Below, piece by piece: positions 28,684-38,961 of a stretch of 64,000 nucleotides of DNA; within the stretch, counting starts at the first letter, position 1; every line of letters starts with the position of its first letter. Below the pieces are notes generated by a model. That model made no database searches. It had not been told where the DNA came from and worked only from the letters and a program-made list of their open reading frames with translations. The DNA is taken from the NCBI GenBank assembly GCA_020059745.1, contig JAGVBK010000002.1, positions 104,301 to 168,300 of the forward strand, read 5' to 3'. The position numbers and the translations under genes were made by a program. This DNA is from Candidatus Shapirobacteria bacterium (lineage in GTDB: Bacteria > Patescibacteriota > Microgenomatia > UM-FILTER-40-11).

Positions 28684-30663
28684 TTACTGTTTTGGCGGCT
28701 TTCTCCAAGAAGCAAAGTCGCACTTAGGATAATTTGAACAACCGTAAAAACCTTTGCCCTTTTTAGTCTTTTTGTAAATTACTTCTCCCCCGCACTTCGG
28801 ACATTTAATGCCTTCCACTTTTTGAATGTAAGGAGCGCGCCAGTCGCAGTCCGGAAAACGGCTGCAGGATAAAAACTTTCCAAACCGGCCAACCCTGATT
28901 ACAACCGCGCCTTCTTTGCATTTAGGACAGGCTTCCCCGGTTGCTTCAGTCTGAATAGCCACTCTTTGAGCCACTTTTTTAACGCCCTCAAGTTTTTCTT
29001 CAAACGGCAGGTAAAATTCAGTTAAAACCGGCACTCTTTTTTTCTTTCCTCCGGCAATTTCGTCAAGGTCGTCCTCCATTTTGGCAGTAAACTGATAATC
29101 CAAAACATTGGGAAAGTACTCTGTCAAAAAATCATTTACCGCAATCCCTAAAGGAGTGGGAGAAAACTGGCGTTCCTTTTTTTCAACATAATTCCTGTCT
29201 TGAATAGTGGAAATAATCGGCGCATAAGTTGAAGGCCGGCCAATCCCAAGCTCTTCCAGGGTTTTAATAAGCGAGGCCTCATTATAGCGAGGCGGCGGCT
29301 GGGTAAACTTTTGCTCAGGTATAACCTCAAGAAGTTTAAGCTCATCTTTTTCGTTAAGCTTAGGCAGAGGCTCAATTTTGCCCTCCTCGTCTGTTTCTTC
29401 AGTAAGACCATAAACTTTTCTCCAGCCGTCAAATTTTTCCAATGCCCCTTTTGTTTCCAGGCTGTAAAGATTCTGGCCTCCTTCAGCCTGAACTGTCAGG
29501 GTAGTAATTTCTGTAATAGACTGCTCCATCTGGCAAGCAGCAAACCTTTTCCAGATTAAATCATAAAGTTTGGCTTGGTCTCCGTGTAGGCCTGCACCTT
29601 TTTCTCCAACATCAGTCGGCCTGATTGCCTCATGGGCCTCCTGGGCAGACTTACTTTTAGTGGCAAAAAACCTGGCTTTTTCCGGCAGATACTGGTCACC
29701 AAAATTAACCTTAATATAGTCTCTTAACCTTAGAACCGCTTCTGATGCTAAATTTGTGGAGTCGGTCCGATGGTAAGTAATTAAGCCCTGTTCATAAAGA
29801 TCCTGAGCAACATTCATGGTTTTTTTAGAACTCCAACCCAACCGGCTTGAAGCTGTCTGCTGAAGGGTCGAGGTGGTAAAAGGCGGCGGCGGGTTTCTAC
29901 GCGAGTCTTTTTTCTCCACCCCCGCCACTTCATAACCGGCAGATTCAAGCTCTTTGACAACATCCTGTGCTTCCGCGCCATTTTTAATCTCTATTTTTTC
30001 ACCGTTTTTTTTAACTAATTTTGACAAAAACTTTGGAGAATCAGGAAGGTCGCTGCCAGCCATTCTTTGCAGCAAGGTTTCAATTTCCCAGTATTCAACC
30101 GGAACAAACTTTTCAATCTCTCTTTCTCTTTCTACAATCAGTCTTACCGCCACAGATTGCACCCGGCCGGCAGAAAGACCTCTTCTCACTTTTTGCCATA
30201 GTAAAGGTGAGAGTTTATAGCCAACCAAACGGTCTAGAATCCTTCTGGCTGCCTGCGCTTCAACCAAATCAACATTTATACTTCCTGAATGTTTTAGAGC
30301 CTCATCAAGGGCTGAACGGGTAATTTCATGGAAGGTAATCCTGGCAATTTCTGCTTTTTTGGGAAGCATTTCCTTAACATGCCAGGCAATAGCTTCTCCC
30401 TCCCGGTCAGGGTCTGTAGCCAGATAAATCTTATCAGCAGTTTTGGCGATTTTTTTAAGCTTATCAATGGTTTCTTTCTTTTTAGAAGAAAGAACATATT
30501 CAGGCTCAAACTTTTCTTTTACATTTACTCCAAGCTTTTTTTCCGGCAAATCCCTAATATGACCCATAGTTGCCTCAACCCTGAATTTTTTGTCATCAAG
30601 AAACCTTCCTAAAGTCCTTGCTTTGGTTGGCGATTCAACAATAATTAAATCCATAATAAACAA
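28684..30663 (-). CDS. topA: DNA topoisomerase I
   Basis: TOPRIM N-terminus (IVESPTKA), active-site Tyr region (LYExGLITYHRTDS), C-terminal C4 zinc ribbons. Confidence 0.9.
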   Translation of the reverse strand: MFIMDLIIVESPTKARTLGRFLDDKKFRVEATMGHIRDLPEKKLGVNVKEKFEPEYVLSSKKKETIDKLKKIAKTADKIYLATDPDREGEAIAWHVKEMLPKKAEIARITFHEITRSALDEALKHSGSINVDLVEAQAARRILDRLVGYKLSPLLWQKVRRGLSAGRVQSVAVRLIVEREREIEKFVPVEYWEIETLLQRMAGSDLPDSPKFLSKLVKKNGEKIEIKNGAEAQDVVKELESAGYEVAGVEKKDSRRNPPPPFTTSTLQQTASSRLGWSSKKTMNVAQDLYEQGLITYHRTDSTNLASEAVLRLRDYIKVNFGDQYLPEKARFFATKSKSAQEAHEAIRPTDVGEKGAGLHGDQAKLYDLIWKRFAACQMEQSITEITTLTVQAEGGQNLYSLETKGALEKFDGWRKVYGLTEETDEEGKIEPLPKLNEKDELKLLEVIPEQKFTQPPPRYNEASLIKTLEELGIGRPSTYAPIISTIQDRNYVEKKERQFSPTPLGIAVNDFLTEYFPNVLDYQFTAKMEDDLDEIAGGKKKRVPVLTEFYLPFEEKLEGVKKVAQRVAIQTEATGEACPKCKEGAVVIRVGRFGKFLSCSRFPDCDWRAPYIQKVEGIKCPKCGGEVIYKKTKKGKGFYGCSNYPKCDFASWRKPPKQ

Positions 30664-30901
30664 ATACTACACTGGAAAATTTCAAATTCCAAGCTCCAAT
30701 TTCCAAATGGTTCGACCTTGCTCACCATCTTACAAACCCCAACTAAATTTTAAAATCCAAATTTTAAATTTTAATTCAAATTAAAATGATTAAATAATTA
30801 AGCATTAAAACATTTAAACATTCATTTAAAACTTTAAATTTAAAACTTAAAATTGCATTTTACTGCTTTGTTTCTTGTTTTTTGGAACTTGGCTGTTTGA
30901 T

Positions 30902-31789
30902 TTAATCTAGTTCTTCAAGTATATCCTCAACCCGTGTAACCAATTTGGCTCCCTTTTTAATTAAGCTCGCTGTTCCTTCAGACAAAGGAGAATTTACCGG
31001 TCCCGGCACGGCAAAAACTTCTCTTCCCTGTTCTGCTGCCAAAGAAGCGGTAATTAAAGACCCTGAATCAAGGGCTGCTTCTGTAACCAAAACTCCCCGG
31101 CAAAGCCCGCTAATTATTCTGTTTCTGGCGGGAAAGTTTGCCGGTGAAAGCTTTGTCCCAAAAGGAAACTCCGACAAAATTGCCCCTTTGTTTTTAACAA
31201 TTCTTTCTGCAAGCAATTTGTGCTCAGGCGGATAAACCCGGTCAAGCCCGCTGCCGATAACTGCAACGGTAATTCCACTGTTCTCGAGAGCTACCTCGTG
31301 GGCCACTCGGTCAACCCCGCGCGCCAATCCCGAAACAATCACCCAATTTTTTAAAACAAGTTCTTTAACAAGAGCCCGGGTTACCCTGTCGCCATAAGGG
31401 GTCATTTTCCTGCTGCCGACAACAGCTATCGTTTTCTTTCTAAAAATTTCCTTCAGGCTGGTTCTCTCTGACAATTTTACATATAAAACTGACGGTGCTG
31501 AATCAATTTCTTTTAACAAATCTGGGTAATTTTCTTCTCCGCTGAAAACTGCTTTTACCCCTTCATCGGAAAACCGAACAAAATCCGAACCAAAGTTATA
31601 TTTTTTCCTGAAGATTAAAAATTTATCGACTGTTTTTTGCGGCAAACCTATTTCTCTTAACTGTCTTTCTCCGGCATTAAAGGCTTTCTCTGCAGAACCA
31701 AAATAGTCTAAAAGAAGCTTAAAACGGACCGGGCCAATGCCCTCAAAAAGCGAAAAAGCAAGCCAGTATTTTTTTTCCCCTTCTTCCAT
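30902..31789 (-). CDS. dprA: DNA processing protein DprA (Smf)
   Basis: Rossmann-like VVGSRKxTPYG...VSGLARGVD...AVIGSGLDxVYP motifs. Confidence 0.85.
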   Translation of the reverse strand: MEEGEKKYWLAFSLFEGIGPVRFKLLLDYFGSAEKAFNAGERQLREIGLPQKTVDKFLIFRKKYNFGSDFVRFSDEGVKAVFSGEENYPDLLKEIDSAPSVLYVKLSERTSLKEIFRKKTIAVVGSRKMTPYGDRVTRALVKELVLKNWVIVSGLARGVDRVAHEVALENSGITVAVIGSGLDRVYPPEHKLLAERIVKNKGAILSEFPFGTKLSPANFPARNRIISGLCRGVLVTEAALDSGSLITASLAAEQGREVFAVPGPVNSPLSEGTASLIKKGAKLVTRVEDILEELD

Positions 31790-31836
31790 GATTCTATTAT
31801 CAGCTAATCTATCATTAAAAACAAAAGTGCAAAGTA

Positions 31837-33453
31837 TTATTTGTTTTCAAAATACTTCTTGAGAATTTCTTTTGCGATTGGACCAGCGACCGAAGAACCC
31901 TCTCCTCCTTTTTCAACCAAAACCGTCAGCACTATTTCAGGATTCTCGAGAGGGGCAAAAACTGTAAACCAGGCATGGGTTGTTTTTCCGTCTCCTGTTT
32001 CCGCTGTGCCTGTTTTACAAGCCACTTGGGGTTGAAAACCAAAAAAAGGCCAAGCAGTACCACCTTCCTGGCAAGCTAAAAACATTCCTTTTTTAACAAC
32101 CTGAAGATACTGCCTTTTAATGCCAATTTCCCGGCAATCAGCTTGATAAGGAGTGTTTTCCGCCTCGATTTTAAGCATTCTTGGAGTACAAATTTTGCCG
32201 CCACTGGCCACAACCGCGGTCATAAGGTTAACCCCCAAAGGGGTTAAATCTATATCTCCCTGACCGATTGACATGTGATAGGTATTACCCAAAAACCAAG
32301 ATTCGCCCTTTGCCTTCATCTTCCATTCAGGCGTGGCAATGAAACCTGCAAGCTCCCCCGGCATGTCAATGCCAAAAGCTTTATCAAGATTAAACTTTTC
32401 TGCCCAATAATTAAGTTTCTCAATACCTATCATTTCACCGAGCTTATAAAAGTAAGTGTCTGTTGATCTGGCCAGCGCTTTCTCAACATTTATGTCCCCT
32501 TCTTTACCGCCATAACTCGTGTAATACCAATTGGAATAACTGAAAGAGCCAATATAAATTACACCCGGATCGTTTATAAGGGTTTGGGGGGTAATTTTTC
32601 CTTCTTCAAGCCCGGCAATTGAGGTAACAATCTTAAAAGTTGAGCCTGGCTGGTAAAGCCCGCCGATTACCCGGTTTAAAAGAGGCCGGTTTTTTTCATC
32701 GCCAATGATTTGACCAAGTTCTTGCCTTTCATCGTTTAAAAAAAGATTGGGATCATAGGACGGCGAGGAAAAAAAGACAAGTATTTCGCCGTTTTGGGGG
32801 TTAGAAGCAATTACTGCTCCTTTTTTGCCAGCCATTTCTTTGGCCGCAACCTCCTGAAGATTTTTATCCAAAGCAGTAGTGAGGACTTTTCCCGGCAAAG
32901 GCAAAACCCTACCCATTCGCCTGATAATTCTTCCCTGGGTATCAACTTCAACAAGCTCGCTACCGTCTTTCCCTTTTAGAAGCTCCTCATATTGTGCTTC
33001 AAGCCCCACCCTGCCAATAAGGCTACCTAAACCATAACCTTTTAACTCAAGTTTTTTTTCAGTAAATTCTTCTTCCGTCACCTCGCTTAAATAACCAACA
33101 GCATGAGCAAAGAGCTCTTTATGGGGGTAATTTCTTTTTAAGCTTATTTTTAAGTTTTTATCTTCTGCCCTCGACTGAAGACTCAGCGCCTCCTCCCGGG
33201 AAACGGTTTCTTTTTTGTCAACCTCTTTTTCAAGAAGATAAACCGGCTGGTTTTCGGCAATTACTTCATTGTTTCTGTCTAAGATAAGGCCTCTGGGTGC
33301 CTCAATCCTTTTCCTTTGAATTCGGTTGTTATCAGCCAAAAACCTGTTGTCTTTTCCGTTTATAACTTGAAGCTGATAAAGCCTTGACAAAAGAACGGCA
33401 AAAAAGGCAAAGACTAAAAAAACCATTAGTCTCAGGCTAAATGTTTTGTTCAT
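31837..33453 (-). CDS. mrdA: penicillin-binding protein 2 (class B transpeptidase)
   Basis: N-terminal TM, STFK (SxxK), SSN-like and KTGTAE motifs. Downstream of mreBCD. Confidence 0.8.
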   Translation of the reverse strand: MNKTFSLRLMVFLVFAFFAVLLSRLYQLQVINGKDNRFLADNNRIQRKRIEAPRGLILDRNNEVIAENQPVYLLEKEVDKKETVSREEALSLQSRAEDKNLKISLKRNYPHKELFAHAVGYLSEVTEEEFTEKKLELKGYGLGSLIGRVGLEAQYEELLKGKDGSELVEVDTQGRIIRRMGRVLPLPGKVLTTALDKNLQEVAAKEMAGKKGAVIASNPQNGEILVFFSSPSYDPNLFLNDERQELGQIIGDEKNRPLLNRVIGGLYQPGSTFKIVTSIAGLEEGKITPQTLINDPGVIYIGSFSYSNWYYTSYGGKEGDINVEKALARSTDTYFYKLGEMIGIEKLNYWAEKFNLDKAFGIDMPGELAGFIATPEWKMKAKGESWFLGNTYHMSIGQGDIDLTPLGVNLMTAVVASGGKICTPRMLKIEAENTPYQADCREIGIKRQYLQVVKKGMFLACQEGGTAWPFFGFQPQVACKTGTAETGDGKTTHAWFTVFAPLENPEIVLTVLVEKGGEGSSVAGPIAKEILKKYFENK

Positions 33454-33460
33454 ATTTTTT

Positions 33461-33667
33461 TTAAATCTTTAAACGGTGGTTATCCTGTCTTAGCCGCCAG
33501 AAAAAGAAATACAAAATAAGGTAAAAAAGAAGAATAAGTATTCCGCTTTGGCCAACCGGCCTTAAACTCCAAAAATCAAAAAAAATGCTTATAAGTAAAA
33601 CCCCCGCTAAAAGCGGAGTTTTTTCTGAACGAAAAATTAAAAAAGTGATAAGAAAAAGAAAAAGCAT
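33461..33667 (-). CDS. small membrane protein, possible truncated MreD
   Basis: 68 aa with two TM helices. Called only from position (between mreC and PBP2). Confidence 0.3.
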   Translation of the reverse strand: MLFLFLITFLIFRSEKTPLLAGVLLISIFFDFWSLRPVGQSGILILLFYLILYFFFWRLRQDNHRLKI

Positions 33668-34425
33668 TAAAGTCTGCCTCTTACTAAAAATATGGTGTTT
33701 AGCTCTTCAGGGTTATAAAACCTTTTGACTGAGACATTTTTAAAAACTTCACCCTGATTTTGAAAAATTTCTTCTACTTCGCCCACAAACAATTCCCCTC
33801 CTTCAACACTGGTAAAAATTAGATTCCCTTTTTCGGCTTTTTCTGACGAAAGAATCTGCTCAACCTTCATTTTCCCCTCTCCCTTGCCCACCAAAAGGCC
33901 TTTACCAAAAATTTCTTTGTCTTTCGAGGTAATATTAACTACCGCCTTTTCTTCAAAAAAAGAAGCAAGCCTGACTATGGCAATTTTTTCGCTGACTTTC
34001 TCCACTTTACCTAAATAAGTTTCTCCGAACACAGCTATCATGCCTTCACTGACGCCGTCCCTAATACCGCTGCTTATAGTTAGCTCTTCTCCTTCTGAGC
34101 CAATCACTTTGACTGTCATAAACTGCCAATTCTTTGGTAAAGGAGAAGAAAGAAGCCTCTTTTGGGAAAGATTTTCCTCTTCCAAAACAGCAATTCTTGC
34201 CTTAAGCTCTTTAACCTCTTTCTCGTTAATAAGGCCACAACCGTCTAAGTCTTTTTTAAATCTCCTTTGCCAGGTATAAATTTTTTCTTTTAAGGGAACA
34301 ACTAAGGTTGACTCAGCCAAAAATCTTAAACCCTTAAAAGCGCCTAAAAAGTTTAAAAAGTACAACAAAAGAAAAAGAGCAAGAAGACAGTAGAAAAAAG
34401 AAGATAATCTTTTTTTGTTAAACAT
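33667..34425 (-). CDS. mreC: rod shape-determining protein MreC
   Basis: N-terminal TM, coiled-coil (ELKARIAVLEEEN), C-terminal beta-domain. Position after mreB. Confidence 0.7.
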   Translation of the reverse strand: MFNKKRLSSFFYCLLALFLLLYFLNFLGAFKGLRFLAESTLVVPLKEKIYTWQRRFKKDLDGCGLINEKEVKELKARIAVLEEENLSQKRLLSSPLPKNWQFMTVKVIGSEGEELTISSGIRDGVSEGMIAVFGETYLGKVEKVSEKIAIVRLASFFEEKAVVNITSKDKEIFGKGLLVGKGEGKMKVEQILSSEKAEKGNLIFTSVEGGELFVGEVEEIFQNQGEVFKNVSVKRFYNPEELNTIFLVRGRL

Positions 34426-34462
34426 TGACCCAATAATAACAGTTTATGAAGCTAAAAAAAAG

Positions 34463-35515
34463 TTATCTTACCCCGCCCCTGACCATAACCTTATTAAGAA
34501 GCTCGTTGTCCTCAAGCACCTTTGAACAACCCCTGACTACCGCAGAGGTAGGGTCCTCGACTACCATGCAAGGAATTTTTGCAATTTCTGTAACCAGGCT
34601 TTCCAAACCAGGCAGCTGGGAAACGCCTCCGGAAAGATAAACTCCTTTTTGGGTAATGTCTCCTAAAAGCTCAGGCGGAGTTTCTTCAACGATGTCAGTA
34701 ATGCCGGAAAGAATCTGATTTAAAATCGGGGCCAAAGCCTCCCTTATCTCAGCCGCACTCACCCTTAATGATTTTGGCAAGCCGTTAGAAAGGTCTCTGC
34801 CTCTGACCACCATCATTTTTTCATTTTTGCCGCTGTCGCTGGCTGAACCAATTTGCACCTTTAAAGCCTCTGCTGTCGGCAGGCCGATTAAAACCGAATA
34901 TTTAAGCCTGAGATAATTTATTATTGCCTCGTCCATTTCTGTTCCTGCAATTTTAAGGGATTTATTTATCACAATACCGCCAAGGGAAATAACTGCCAGT
35001 TCTGTGGTTCCGCCGCCAATGTCAACCAAAAGAATTCCGGCTGCTTCAAAAATTGGCAAATTACTGCCAACTGCAATTGCTAAAGGATGTTCAATTAAAA
35101 AAGCTTCCCTGGCACCGGCAGCCAAAGCAGCATCACGAACCGCTTTTTTCTCAACATCAGTCACACTGGTAGGAATGCCAACCGCCACTCTTGGCCTGGG
35201 AACTTTTATCCTAAAACCATGGCTTTCATGAAGCTTCTTAAAATAGTAAGAGAGCATCCCAACTGTGGCATCAAAATCGGAAATTACACTATTTTGAAGC
35301 GGTAAAACCGTTTCCAGCTGACCGGGGGTCCGGCCAATCATTTTTTTTGCCTCTGAGCCAACCGCCACAATTTCTTTGGTTTTTTTATTTCTGGCAACCA
35401 CAGTTGGTTCCCTAACGGCAATACCCTTTCCTAATACCTGAATTAAGATATTTGAAGAACCTAGATCTATTCCCAAATCATAACTAACCAGCTGAAAAAG
35501 TTTATTAAACATCAA
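34463..35515 (-). CDS. mreB: rod shape-determining protein MreB
   Basis: Actin-fold motifs IGIDLGSSN, EPTVVA, VDIGGGTTE, SGGVSQLPG. Confidence 0.9.
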   Translation of the reverse strand: MMFNKLFQLVSYDLGIDLGSSNILIQVLGKGIAVREPTVVARNKKTKEIVAVGSEAKKMIGRTPGQLETVLPLQNSVISDFDATVGMLSYYFKKLHESHGFRIKVPRPRVAVGIPTSVTDVEKKAVRDAALAAGAREAFLIEHPLAIAVGSNLPIFEAAGILLVDIGGGTTELAVISLGGIVINKSLKIAGTEMDEAIINYLRLKYSVLIGLPTAEALKVQIGSASDSGKNEKMMVVRGRDLSNGLPKSLRVSAAEIREALAPILNQILSGITDIVEETPPELLGDITQKGVYLSGGVSQLPGLESLVTEIAKIPCMVVEDPTSAVVRGCSKVLEDNELLNKVMVRGGVR

Positions 35516-35600
35516 AATTAATTTTAACAGGAAGAAAGATGAAAGTTAAGAATACCGGGGAAGCCGAAAATAAAAAGCCTATCGGCTTCCCCTAGAGAAA

Positions 35601-35828
35601 CTACCAACCAACCGGCAAAACCTCAAGAACTCCATCTCGACACCCCAGCAAGTCAAAATCTCCGACCCGTCCGTTTCCGAAATGAAACCGGTAAATCGAC
35701 TCCAAACTTTCCTTGAGGGTCCCGCCTTTGGGTTCTACCAAAAAGTCAGGTTCATGCCCAACAAAGCGGACACGAACTTTGCCCAAAAACGGCTCGTTCA
35801 GCGTCAAGGGAAGTAACATGGTAACCAT
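35601..35828 (-). CDS. hypothetical protein (GC-rich cassette)
   Basis: 75 aa with its own AAGGAG RBS 6 nt upstream. About 52% GC. Followed by an 11-bp-stem hairpin at 35546-35582. Confidence 0.4.
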   Translation of the reverse strand: MVTMLLPLTLNEPFLGKVRVRFVGHEPDFLVEPKGGTLKESLESIYRFHFGNGRVGDFDLLGCRDGVLEVLPVGW

Positions 35829-35837
35829 GAATTCTCC

Positions 35838-36167
35838 TTAATTGCTGGCCAGTTCTGCAACCACCTCGGCAATGTCGCCATTCAGTGTAAGTTCCACATT
35901 TTTGAAACTATCAACAGTAGCCCGAAACGATCCTCGATCGCTATACTGAATAAGCACAATAGTGATTAACTCCAAGATTGTCTGGCCAACTCCCCTGATT
36001 ATCTTCCCGTTAATTCCTTCTTCACCTACAATCGTGACAGAAAGCCTTCCGCGGCATCGGCACAAAAGTAACCTCCTGTCTTCCTTCCTTCTTCGGCGTT
36101 CTCTTAGAAAAGCAAGAAGCCCCATTTCACTCCTTTCTTCCGGTTGGTTTTCAATGTGCATTTCCAA
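35838..36167 (-). CDS. hypothetical protein (GC-rich cassette)
   Basis: 109 aa with an Arg-rich N-terminal region. Appears translationally coupled to the downstream 75-aa ORF. Confidence 0.4.
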   Translation of the reverse strand: MEMHIENQPEERSEMGLLAFLRERRRRKEDRRLLLCRCRGRLSVTIVGEEGINGKIIRGVGQTILELITIVLIQYSDRGSFRATVDSFKNVELTLNGDIAEVVAELASN

Positions 36168-36270
36168 GCGCTTGAGCTTGGCTTGCCAATTTGAGGCAAT
36201 TATAGCACTTTAGGTCCATTTGCCAGTGTTCTTTTTTATTAAAGAAAGATTCTGATATACTTTTAAAATA

Positions 36271-38373
36271 ATGAAACTTGATAACTTCTTTAAAAAAGCG
36301 ATTTTTTTTCTTTTTTCGGCGCTGTTTTTTACGGTTCCTCTTTTTTTTACTCCCTATAATTCTGAACTTTTTGAATTTAACAAAATTCTTCTTGTTTACA
36401 GCTTTACCGTCCTGATTCTTGGCTTTTGGCTTGCCAGGATGTTCCTTTTAAAAAAGATTGTTTTCAGAAAAACTCCGCTTGATATTCCTCTTTTTATGTT
36501 TTTTATTTCTCAGGTTGTAAGCACCATCTTTTCAATTGACCCCCATACCAGTATTTTTGGCTATTACTCCCGTTTTAACGGCGGACTGCTTTCAACCACC
36601 TCCTTTTTATGTCTTTATTGGGCCTTAGTTTCAAACTCAAAAAAGATAGATATTTTTAGGTATATTAAAGTCTCTTTTGTCTCGGCTTTGTTGGTTTCTT
36701 TTTACGGCATTTTGGAGCATTTTGGTCATTCATTTAGTTGCCTTTTTTTTGAAGGCAAGTTCGATGTCTCCTGCTGGATTCAGGATGTTAAAACCAGGGT
36801 TTTTGCCACCGTCGGCCAGCCAAACTGGCTGGCTTCTTATCTTGCTGTTTTCATTCCCGTTACTTCTGCTTTTTTTCTAAGAGCAAACTCGATAAAGACC
36901 AAAATCTACTACACACTACTTACTACTAGCTACTTTCTGTGCCTTCTGTTTACCGGTTCGCGCTCTGGCTTTTTAGGTTTTGTAGTCTCTTTAGTTTTTT
37001 TCTGGGCTTCTTTTGTTTTCTCAAGGCTAAAATACCCAAGTAAGCTAAACTCGATTATCAAGCCCTCCGTTTTCTTTGCCCTATTTTTACTTTTCATCTT
37101 ATCCTTGTTCGGCTCCCCTTTTGCTCAGATAAATCGCTATCTTCAGATTAAAAACTGGTTTCCCAAAAATGAGGCTCCGGTTCAAGCCGAAGCAGCAAAC
37201 TTAGTTGTCGAACCCCAGCTTGAGTCAGGCGGCACAGAATCAGGCATAATAAGAAAAATTGTCTGGAATGGCGCTTTGGATATTTTTAAAGCCAATCCTC
37301 TTTTAGGAACCGGTCCGGAAACCTTTGCCTATTCCTACTATAATTTCCGGCCTATGGAACACAATTTAGTTTCTGAATGGGATTTTCTCTATAACAAGGC
37401 ACATAATGAGTACCTTAACTTCCTTGCCACCACCGGCCTTGTCGGTACCGGCACTTATCTTCTTTTTATCGGGTTTTTCTTAGTATGGGGAACAAAAAAA
37501 GCCCTGAAAAGTACTGCAGATAATTTTTTGCTTTCGGTCTCTATCCTTGCTGGTTTTACCTCAATCCTGGTTGCCAATTTCTTTGGCTTCTCCGTAGTTT
37601 TGGTATCCCTTTATTTTTACCTTCTTCCCGGGTTTTTCTTTATCCTTTCAGCCGAAGAACAAGAAAATCTTAAAGTGTCAAAAATTTCCACATTTCAAAC
37701 CTTATCTTTCCTAGCCTTAGCCCTATCCTCGGTTTATCTTCTCTCTGCCGTTATTAATCTCTGGCGCGCTGATTATTATTATTCCCTAGGTCAAAAGCTT
37801 AACAAAGGCAGCGACTATGTAAACGGTTATCAAATGCTTGCCAAAGCCGTGGAAATTTCCCCTAACGAGCCTGTTTTCTTAAATGAGCTTTCCACTGTCA
37901 CTGCAAGTACTGCTCTTCTTTCATACCTTCAGAAAGATGAAAGCGCCGCTCCCCTGGCTGAGGCAGCGTTATATTATTCCGACCTTGCTCTTGAAAAAAG
38001 CCCCAAAAACTTAAATATTTATAAAAGCAGAGTCAGGGTTCTTTACACTCTTTCTCAGATTAATGAAATATATCTTGATAAAGCTATTGAAACGATTAAT
38101 AAAGCCATTAGCCTGGCTCCAACTGATCCAAAACTTGTTTACAATCTCGGCCTTCTTTACGGTCGCAAGGGCATGGTTCAGGAAGCGCTTGATACCATCA
38201 AAAAGTCAATTGAAATGAAACCAAATTATGAAGAAGCTAGAAACGCTTTGGCAATTTTTTATGAAGATTTGGGCATGAATAAAGAAGCCCTAGAGCAGCT
38301 TGAGATTATCTATAAAAACAAAAAAGACGACCCGTCACTGCTCCAAAGAATTGAAAAACTAAAAAATCTTTAA
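36271..38373 (+). CDS. O-antigen ligase (Wzy_C)-like polytopic membrane protein with C-terminal TPR repeats
   Basis: 700 aa, about 12 TM helices with a large loop. C-terminal TPR-like repeats (AISLAPTDPKLVYNLGLLY...). Architecture is common in CPR. Confidence 0.7.
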   Translation: MKLDNFFKKAIFFLFSALFFTVPLFFTPYNSELFEFNKILLVYSFTVLILGFWLARMFLLKKIVFRKTPLDIPLFMFFISQVVSTIFSIDPHTSIFGYYSRFNGGLLSTTSFLCLYWALVSNSKKIDIFRYIKVSFVSALLVSFYGILEHFGHSFSCLFFEGKFDVSCWIQDVKTRVFATVGQPNWLASYLAVFIPVTSAFFLRANSIKTKIYYTLLTTSYFLCLLFTGSRSGFLGFVVSLVFFWASFVFSRLKYPSKLNSIIKPSVFFALFLLFILSLFGSPFAQINRYLQIKNWFPKNEAPVQAEAANLVVEPQLESGGTESGIIRKIVWNGALDIFKANPLLGTGPETFAYSYYNFRPMEHNLVSEWDFLYNKAHNEYLNFLATTGLVGTGTYLLFIGFFLVWGTKKALKSTADNFLLSVSILAGFTSILVANFFGFSVVLVSLYFYLLPGFFFILSAEEQENLKVSKISTFQTLSFLALALSSVYLLSAVINLWRADYYYSLGQKLNKGSDYVNGYQMLAKAVEISPNEPVFLNELSTVTASTALLSYLQKDESAAPLAEAALYYSDLALEKSPKNLNIYKSRVRVLYTLSQINEIYLDKAIETINKAISLAPTDPKLVYNLGLLYGRKGMVQEALDTIKKSIEMKPNYEEARNALAIFYEDLGMNKEALEQLEIIYKNKKDDPSLLQRIEKLKNL

Positions 38374-38419
38374 GAGACTTTTCCTTTTCCATCGTCCTGG
38401 GTTGGGGTATAATTAAACT

Positions 38420-38950
38420 ATGGCAAAAATCATCACTGTTCCTGATCCGGTTTTAAGGGAAAAATCAAAAGAAGTCTCTGTCGATAAAAAAACTCTTGAC
38501 TTGGTAAAAACCCTTAAGCAAACCATTAAAGAAAGCAAAGACATTAAAGGCGTTGGCCTGGCAGCTGTCCAGGTCGGTATTCCTAAAAGAGTCTTTATTG
38601 CTTATTCTGATGCAAGCAAAAAATTTTTAACCTTTATTAACCCGGAAATTACCTGGGTTTCCAAAAGACTGACTAACCAAAAAGAGCAAAAATTTGAAGG
38701 CTGCCTTTCCATACCTAATAAATGGGTTTTAATTAAAAGGCCAAAAGAAGTTAAGGTTAAATACCAAACCGAATCTGGCCAGACGCAAATAAGAAAGTTT
38801 TCCGGCCAAATGGCTACCGTTGTCCAGCACGAATATGACCACTTAAACGGTGTTTTGATTGTCGACCGGGCTTTGGAACAAAAAGAAAAAATTTATGAGC
38901 TGGAAAAAGACGAAAAAGGTGAAGAATATTTAAAAGAAGTGGCACTTTAA
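38420..38950 (+). CDS. def: peptide deformylase
   Basis: GVGLAAVQVG, EGCLSIP, HEYDHLNG motifs. Confidence 0.85.
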   Translation: MAKIITVPDPVLREKSKEVSVDKKTLDLVKTLKQTIKESKDIKGVGLAAVQVGIPKRVFIAYSDASKKFLTFINPEITWVSKRLTNQKEQKFEGCLSIPNKWVLIKRPKEVKVKYQTESGQTQIRKFSGQMATVVQHEYDHLNGVLIVDRALEQKEKIYELEKDEKGEEYLKEVAL

Positions 38951-38961
38951 AGAATAAAAAT

